DNA of 64,000 nt, taken from Bdellovibrio sp. Its GTDB lineage: Bacteria; Bdellovibrionota; Bdellovibrionia; Bdellovibrionales; Bdellovibrionaceae. The stretch is from positions 538,330 through 602,329 of the forward strand of contig JAKFCY010000003.1 of the NCBI GenBank assembly GCA_036676395.1, in the 5' to 3' direction. Positions 57,918 to 64,000 of the stretch are shown here, piece by piece. The notes beneath the pieces are model-generated. The model worked only from the letters and a program-made list of their open reading frames with translations. It was not told the origin of the DNA and did no database searches. Within the stretch, counting starts at the first letter, position 1; every line of letters begins with the position of its first letter. The translations under genes and the position numbers were made by a program.

Positions 57918-59432
57918 CTACCGACTCATCTTTAAGTAGTCAGGGTTTGAACAAAAGTCAGCGCCTTTGCCGTTAGCCACGAACAATTCACGAATCTGAG
58001 TGTTTTTCTTTGCTAAGAAATTGATATATCCAGGTGACCCTAACACGCGAAATTCTTCTGTGATCGTTCCGCCGATTTCGCTAAGATTAGTCTGATGATA
58101 AATCAAATGTTCAGGAAAACTTAATTTATAAGACGAATCAATTTTTTGCTGTAATAATTTAGTACGTTTAATTTTTAAAGCTTTACCCGCTGCAGTTGCA
58201 GGCGCTGTAAACGGAGCTATCACAAAAGAGCGGGCGATAGATAAAACATCTTTTTCAACCCCATCAATGTCAGCCGCTGTCGCCGCGGCGTAAAAATCAA
58301 AATCACGAGCCGATAATGTTAATCCTGCTTTTTCGCGTTTTTCTACATAATTAACTAAGGCATTATACGGTGGGTTTAATCCTGCATTGTAAGCGGCTAA
58401 GGCTAAAGCTTCGGTTAAATTATCAATATTGATATTCTGAAAGCCTAATTGTTTAATACGCGATTCTAATTTTGCAGCTTCGATTCTTAATTTCATTTCT
58501 TTGTAGTTTTGTTTGTTCAGAATCGCCGAGTAGACAAAACTGCGTAACGGGTTTTCTACCGGATAGATAAATTCGCAGCGTTCAGCTTTTTGTGAACTAG
58601 CCATTGTTAATAAACTTAAGTGTTTTACTAAACGGGCACAAGCTGGGTTTTTCGTTGCATTTTGTTTAACTTCTTCGATGTAGGCATCATATTCTTTATT
58701 TACTAGTTCGATACCTGTAATCGTGAACTGGGCAACGCCTGCATCAAAACCTTTTCCAAGTGTATTGATGGTAAAACCACTTTCGTTAAAAAGTTTTGGC
58801 ATGATATTTTTGGGATTAAATCCAAAGCACTGTAAAACATCGATGTAAGAATTGTAAGTGGTATTCACTAGGTTTTTCGAAACACAGGGTTTATTGCCGC
58901 CGGCCGCGGGTAAACTTTTTAATCCGCCTGGGCATTTTCCGTAACTGACGCTTTTAAAATTTGTAACATTCATGGTGTAGGTTAAACACTGACGTGGTAA
59001 GGCCGTTGATTCAGTTCTTTCTTCGCGTAATTCTTTAAGGGCGTCAGTTTGCGAAATAATTTTTTCAACTGATAAGCGGGCAGGGCCGCAGGTTGTGGTG
59101 CTTTCGTATTTTAGTAATACGTCATCAATGGGTGTTTCAACTTCTGCAGTTAACTTTGCTTCGTCTTGGGCGATTTGTTCCGGCGTTAATACGAAAGCTT
59201 GGCGTGTTGATTCGTTAGCTGATTCTTGTCTCCACTGCGCATCGATTTCTTCTAGTTCTTGTTCAACCATTTGATCGCTAAGCTGAGCACTGTAGGAATT
59301 TAATTCGTATGAATAAAGACTTGCCGCTGCCATTGAAGATAAATCAGTTTCTTGGGTTTGCGTCATGTGAAATATTGAAAATGCTGCGCCAAAGAAGAAT
59401 ACAAATACTAAAGCTGGGGTTAAAAATCGCAT
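57918..59432 (-). CDS. Exported lytic-transglycosylase (SLT)-like protein
   Basis: NESGF, GVAQFT and ALAAYNAG match SLT motifs I, II and IV. Confidence 0.7.
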   Translation of the reverse strand: MRFLTPALVFVFFFGAAFSIFHMTQTQETDLSSMAAASLYSYELNSYSAQLSDQMVEQELEEIDAQWRQESANESTRQAFVLTPEQIAQDEAKLTAEVETPIDDVLLKYESTTTCGPARLSVEKIISQTDALKELREERTESTALPRQCLTYTMNVTNFKSVSYGKCPGGLKSLPAAGGNKPCVSKNLVNTTYNSYIDVLQCFGFNPKNIMPKLFNESGFTINTLGKGFDAGVAQFTITGIELVNKEYDAYIEEVKQNATKNPACARLVKHLSLLTMASSQKAERCEFIYPVENPLRSFVYSAILNKQNYKEMKLRIEAAKLESRIKQLGFQNINIDNLTEALALAAYNAGLNPPYNALVNYVEKREKAGLTLSARDFDFYAAATAADIDGVEKDVLSIARSFVIAPFTAPATAAGKALKIKRTKLLQQKIDSSYKLSFPEHLIYHQTNLSEIGGTITEEFRVLGSPGYINFLAKKNTQIRELFVANGKGADFCSNPDYLKMSR

Positions 59433-59570
59433 AGGTCTCCAATAAAAATGGGTTACTTTTATTATAGACTTTCAAAGCGCGATAAAAACAGAGACCGGCT
59501 TAAAACTAAGCCGTAAGTATTGCTCCTAGACCCGTTTTCTATTAGCCTAAGTGGGTAAAAGGAGAATCCT

Positions 59571-59918
59571 ATGAAACACACCGGTGGCTGCCATTGCGGT
59601 AAAGTTAAATTTGAAGTTGAATTAGAAATCGGAAAACCGATTGCTTGTAACTGTTCAATTTGTCAGAAAAAAGGAACATTGTTATCGTTTGCACCTGCGG
59701 CTCAGTTTAAACTACTTCAAGGTGAAGACTCTTTAAGTAATTACCAGTTTAATAAAAATGTAATTCATCATCTTTTTTGCAAAAACTGCGGCGTAACTTC
59801 TTTTGCCAAAGGCACAGCTCCTGATGGTTCAGATGTAAGAGCCATCAATGTTCGTTGTCTTGATGGCGTTGATATTGAAAAACTGGAATTGATCAAATAC
59901 GACGGACGCTCAATTTAG
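59571..59918 (+). CDS. GFA family protein
   Basis: GGCHCG, CNCSIC, FCKNCG, INVRCL. Confidence 0.95.
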   Translation: MKHTGGCHCGKVKFEVELEIGKPIACNCSICQKKGTLLSFAPAAQFKLLQGEDSLSNYQFNKNVIHHLFCKNCGVTSFAKGTAPDGSDVRAINVRCLDGVDIEKLELIKYDGRSI

Positions 59919-60272
59919 CGGATTTTCAGAGTGAAAGGCGCAAACCCACTTATCGCCTTCGCGAATCCAAGTAGATACATCTAACATTTTCATGCCTTTC
60001 ATTTCGGTTGAATAAGAAATGAGGGCTGTGTTTTCATTTAAAATATCAATGTGTGGGTCTTTGATCTCGATATCTTTATATTGATAACCCTGATTGGCTT
60101 GCATCATTTCGCGGTATTGATCTTTATTAATTCGATGTGCGCCTGTTGGGCCAGCAACAGTGCAGGGAAATTTTGTCAGTGCGACGGCGGTATCTACGTC
60201 ATCATTTTTCATGGCATCCCAGTATTTTTTTTCTAGTTTGAAGATGTCTTGTTTGGTTGGAACGGCATTCAT
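59910..60272 (-). CDS. DUF4440 / NTF2-like protein
   Basis: STWIRE...WVCAFHSE; RBS GGAGG. Confidence 0.85.
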   Translation of the reverse strand: MNAVPTKQDIFKLEKKYWDAMKNDDVDTAVALTKFPCTVAGPTGAHRINKDQYREMMQANQGYQYKDIEIKDPHIDILNENTALISYSTEMKGMKMLDVSTWIREGDKWVCAFHSENPLN

Positions 60273-60471
60273 AAATCCTCCTTCAATAACTTCTAAATTT
60301 TTGGATGCAAGTGTCTGACCGAGGAGGATTGCCCTCTATTGTGTATATTCAACGTGCAATTATATAAACTTAAAACACATTAATGAAAATGTCTGTGAGG
60401 ATTTTTGCCCCGTAATTTAACTGAAATTTATTTTTCTGGTAACGGCTCTGATACGAAGTTAGAAGCGATTT

Positions 60472-61077
60472 ATGACAAATTTAAAAAAAGTTAACGAACA
60501 ATCTATTTTAGTAAAAACTGTTCTTTCATTAGATACTCACTTTCAAAGTCTTGAACGTTTGAGTACGCGTATTGGTGAATCAGAATTAAAATCTGAATTT
60601 GATTACAGTCAAATTCGTCGTTTGATGTTGGCTTTTGCTGAAAGCGCCCACTCGGTGTCGACTGAATTTGTAGAATTACTGACAGTAATTAGCGAAGCAA
60701 AAAATCGTGCTGAAGCTGCAGCTCAAGTTGTAGCTGCAAAAGCGGACCAATTAAAAGAACGCCAGGATAATGAACAAATACAAGCTGAAGCGTTTCGTAG
60801 TTTGACTGAAAAAGTAAGTCTTCTAAATTCAGAGATGAAGCTTTTACAGCGACCAGCAGGTGAAACTTTATCTGAAGAAGATAAAGCTGTGCTGACTGAG
60901 CAGTTGGCGAAATTAGACTTACAACTGCGTCCGTTGATTGAAGAAGCTGTACATTTAAAAAAAGAAGCTAGAACTTCAGGTTTAAAAACTTTAGAGCAAA
61001 ATGCAGATGCATTAGGTCAAAGTTTGGCTGCTGCAAGTCACAAGCTTTCGAACCATGTTCAATCGCAAACTATGTAA
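60472..61077 (+). CDS. Coiled-coil hypothetical protein
   Basis: All-helical heptad pattern. Confidence 0.7.
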   Translation: MTNLKKVNEQSILVKTVLSLDTHFQSLERLSTRIGESELKSEFDYSQIRRLMLAFAESAHSVSTEFVELLTVISEAKNRAEAAAQVVAAKADQLKERQDNEQIQAEAFRSLTEKVSLLNSEMKLLQRPAGETLSEEDKAVLTEQLAKLDLQLRPLIEEAVHLKKEARTSGLKTLEQNADALGQSLAAASHKLSNHVQSQTM

Positions 61078-61111
61078 ACGTTCGTTTTTATTTCTGAATA
61101 TTTAAATTTTT

Positions 61112-61147
61112 AAAAGCGAATGAAGTCATTTTCATTCGCTTTTTTTT
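61112..61147 (+). terminator. Intrinsic terminator
   Basis: AAAAGCGAATGAA...TTCATTCGCTTTT plus T-tract. Confidence 0.8.
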
Positions 61148-61273
61148 AAAACTTGCTCTGGGGCAGGCCGTCTAAGGCGGGGAAAATTTCCACGTGAAAA
61201 AATAAATTCTTAATATTCATGACAAAGTTTTCGTTTTTTAAAATAGTACGCAATTAGGTGGGGGAAAAGTTTT

Positions 61274-64000
61274 ATGCAAAAGTCATTAAGCACAGAAGCT
61301 AAGAAAAAAGCTAACGCTGCAAATGCAGCTTCTGTTTCTAAAAATTCGGCTCTAGTAAAAAATTCTAAATTTCAATTAAAAGCAAAAGTCGATTCACCAG
61401 AACAGACTTTTGCTTATAACAAACCAACCGATCAGTTGCGCCAGTTGTTGTTCACAGTAAAAGCTGTGCGCCGCGGAGACTTCAGTGTACGTCTGCCTTT
61501 CGGGCAAGAGGGTATTATCGCCGAAATAGGTGAAGTGCTAAATGATATTATCGAATTAAATGAAAACATGGCGACAGAGTTCGTTCGCGTAAGAAGTACG
61601 GTAGGTCAAGAAGGTAAGATGACTGAACGTGTTTCGATGGGTTCAGTTAAAGGTGCTTGGGCCACATCAGTAGATTCAGTAAATTTATTAATCGGGGATC
61701 TGGTTCAACCAACGACAGAAGCAGGTCGTGTTATCACCTCGGTGGCTAAGGGCGATTTATCGCAAAAGATGTCATTAGAAATTGATGGCCGTACAGTAAA
61801 AGGAGAATTCTTTCGTATCGGCACCACAGTAAATGCCATGGTGGATCAGTTAAATTCATTTGCTTCCGAGGTAACCCGTGTGGCCAAAGAGGTGGGTACC
61901 GAAGGTAAACTTGGCGGACAAGCAGACGTACGTGGAGCTTCGGGTATCTGGAAAGATTTAACAGATAACGTAAACGGCTTAGCAGGAAATTTAACGGATC
62001 AGGTACGTAATATCGCGAAAGTAACAACTGCGGTTGCCAAAGGCGATTTATCACAAAAAATTACAGTTGATGCCAAAGGCGAAATCTTCGAATTAAAAAA
62101 TACAATCAACGTCATGGTGGATCAGCTAAATTCATTCGCTGCCGAAGTAACGCGTGTTGCGAAAGAGGTAGGAACAGAAGGTCGCTTAGGCGGTCAGGCT
62201 GATGTAAAAGGTGTATCTGGTACATGGAAAGACTTAACAGATAATGTAAATGGACTTGCGAACAATCTTACAGCTCAGGTTCGTAATATCGCAAAAGTAA
62301 CAACAGCGGTTGCCAAAGGCGATTTATCGCAAAAAATTACAGTTGATGCCAAAGGCGAAATCTTCGAATTAAAAAATACAATCAATGTCATGGTTGATCA
62401 GTTAAATTCATTCGCAGCAGAGGTCACTCGTGTGGCGAAAGAAGTTGGTACTGAAGGAAAACTTGGCGGACAAGCAGATGTAAAAGGCGTATCTGGTACA
62501 TGGAAAGACTTAACTGATAATGTTAACGGTCTAGCCGGAAACTTAACTGACCAAGTACGTAATATCGCAAAAGTAACAACAGCCGTAGCCAATGGTGACT
62601 TATCTCAAAAAATCACAGTTGATGCCAAAGGCGAGATCTTAGAATTAAAAAATACAATTAACGTCATGGTTGATCAGTTAAATTCATTCGCAGCCGAGGT
62701 AACTCGCGTGGCGAAAGAAGTTGGTACTGAAGGAAAACTTGGCGGACAAGCAGACGTAAAAGGTGTATCTGGAACTTGGAAAGATTTAACAGATAACGTA
62801 AACGGTCTAGCCGGAAATTTAACTGACCAAGTACGTAATATCGCAAAAGTAACAACAGCGGTTGCGAAAGGCGATTTATCACAAAAAATTACAGTTGATG
62901 CCAAAGGTGAGATCTTCGAATTAAAAGATACCATCAATACAATGGTTGATACCCTTCGTTCATTCGCAGCAGAGGTAACTCGTGTTGCTAAGGAGGTGGG
63001 TACCGAAGGAAAACTTGGCGGACAAGCAGACGTAAAAGGTGTATCTGGAACTTGGAAAGATTTAACAGATAACGTTAACGGTCTAGCCGGAAATTTAACT
63101 GACCAAGTACGTAATATCGCAAAAGTAACAACAGCGGTTGCAAAAGGTGACTTATCACAAAAAATCACAGTTGATGCCAAAGGCGAAATCTTCGAATTAA
63201 AAAATACAATCAACGTCATGGTGGATCAGTTATCATCGTTTGCAGCAGAGGTAACTCGTGTTGCTAAAGAGGTGGGTACTGAAGGTCGCTTAGGCGGTCA
63301 GGCCGATGTAAAAGGTGTATCTGGTACTTGGAAAGATTTAACAGATAACGTAAACGGCTTAGCGAATAATTTAACAGCGCAAGTACGTAACATCGCCAAA
63401 GTAACAACAGCGGTTGCCAAAGGTGACTTATCACAAAAAATCACAGTTGACGCCAAAGGCGAAATCTTCGAATTAAAAAATACAATCAACGTCATGGTTG
63501 ATCAGCTAAATTCATTCGCTGCCGAAGTAACTCGTGTGGCAAAAGAGGTTGGTACTGAAGGAAAACTTGGCGGACAAGCCGATGTAAAAGGTGTATCTGG
63601 TACTTGGAAAGATCTTACAGATAACGTAAACGGCTTAGCGGGTAACTTAACAGCTCAGGTACGTAACATCGCAAAAGTAACAACAGCGGTTGCCAACGGG
63701 GATTTATCACAAAAAATCACAGTTGATGCCAAAGGTGAAATCTTAGAATTAAAAAATACAATCAACGTCATGGTTGATCAGTTAAATTCATTCGCAGCAG
63801 AGGTAACTCGTGTGGCGAAAGAAGTGGGAACCGAAGGCCGTCTTGGCGGTCAGGCAGACGTAAAAGGTGTTTCTGGTACATGGAAAGATTTAACAGATAA
63901 CGTAAATTTCATGGCTTCGAATTTAACAAAACAAGTTCGCGGTATCGTAAAAGTCGTAACTGCGGTTGCGAATGGCGATTTAAATCAAAAATTCGTATTA
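61274..64000 (+). CDS. Poly-HAMP sensor protein (Nik1/group III-like hybrid kinase N-terminus), runs off the window
   Basis: Not in the ORF track. ATG at 61274; repeating [40 protein letters not shown]...[28 protein letters not shown]. Confidence 0.93.
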   Translation, partial: MQKSLSTEAKKKANAANAASVSKNSALVKNSKFQLKAKVDSPEQTFAYNKPTDQLRQLLFTVKAVRRGDFSVRLPFGQEGIIAEIGEVLNDIIELNENMATEFVRVRSTVGQEGKMTERVSMGSVKGAWATSVDSVNLLIGDLVQPTTEAGRVITSVAKGDLSQKMSLEIDGRTVKGEFFRIGTTVNAMVDQLNSFASEVTRVAKEVGTEGKLGGQADVRGASGIWKDLTDNVNGLAGNLTDQVRNIAKVTTAVAKGDLSQKITVDAKGEIFELKNTINVMVDQLNSFAAEVTRVAKEVGTEGRLGGQADVKGVSGTWKDLTDNVNGLANNLTAQVRNIAKVTTAVAKGDLSQKITVDAKGEIFELKNTINVMVDQLNSFAAEVTRVAKEVGTEGKLGGQADVKGVSGTWKDLTDNVNGLAGNLTDQVRNIAKVTTAVANGDLSQKITVDAKGEILELKNTINVMVDQLNSFAAEVTRVAKEVGTEGKLGGQADVKGVSGTWKDLTDNVNGLAGNLTDQVRNIAKVTTAVAKGDLSQKITVDAKGEIFELKDTINTMVDTLRSFAAEVTRVAKEVGTEGKLGGQADVKGVSGTWKDLTDNVNGLAGNLTDQVRNIAKVTTAVAKGDLSQKITVDAKGEIFELKNTINVMVDQLSSFAAEVTRVAKEVGTEGRLGGQADVKGVSGTWKDLTDNVNGLANNLTAQVRNIAKVTTAVAKGDLSQKITVDAKGEIFELKNTINVMVDQLNSFAAEVTRVAKEVGTEGKLGGQADVKGVSGTWKDLTDNVNGLAGNLTAQVRNIAKVTTAVANGDLSQKITVDAKGEILELKNTINVMVDQLNSFAAEVTRVAKEVGTEGRLGGQADVKGVSGTWKDLTDNVNFMASNLTKQVRGIVKVVTAVANGDLNQKFVL
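61840..64000 (+). repeat. 276-bp (92-aa) tandem HAMP repeats, at least 8 copies
   Basis: GTEG codons start at 61895, 62171, 62447, 62723, 62999, 63275, 63551 and 63827. Confidence 0.95.

Noticed and set aside
61746..63495. Repeated minus-strand ORFs, or a CRISPR-like array
   Set aside because: They are shadows of the HAMP repeats. The 276-bp period is in frame with no unique spacers, and there are no cas genes.

Overview
This is a 64 kb chromosomal window from a bacterium that looks like Bdellovibrionota. The evidence is the ffs-dnaX-ybaB-recR-mglA cluster with Ser21 MglA and no mglB, a TIGR02147 protein, and many secreted ORFans. Bases 1-21.2 kb hold core genes (SRP RNA, dnaX operon, nadA, SrkA kinase) mixed with secreted and lipoprotein genes, several of them behind sigma54-like promoters. 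tmRNA (ssrA, 21210-21562, tag ANNNYQLAA) opens an accessory region with no integrase in the window. The tmRNA 3' end recurs at ~27.6 kb (exact 29-bp copy) and, degenerately, at ~32.3 and ~36.45 kb. All three copies have the same GGACA-N26-(CT/TA)CCACC spacing. They split the region into three coherent modules: defence-like ORFans (DUF5677-like, DUF3800, frameshifted M41-like protease); redox/efflux genes (MerR, MFS, DJ-1, a LysR frameshifted in a T9 tract); and a P-type ATPase with two membrane proteins. A 60-bp, 90%-identical copy of the ybaN 5' end sits just after ssrA, 25.4 kb upstream of intact ybaN. The rest holds oxidoreductase/regulator pairs, a FIST-like gene beside a PAS kinase, selD-mnmH, assorted hydrolases and the start of a poly-HAMP (276-bp repeat) sensor protein. 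All family names come from motif recognition by eye, not from database searches.
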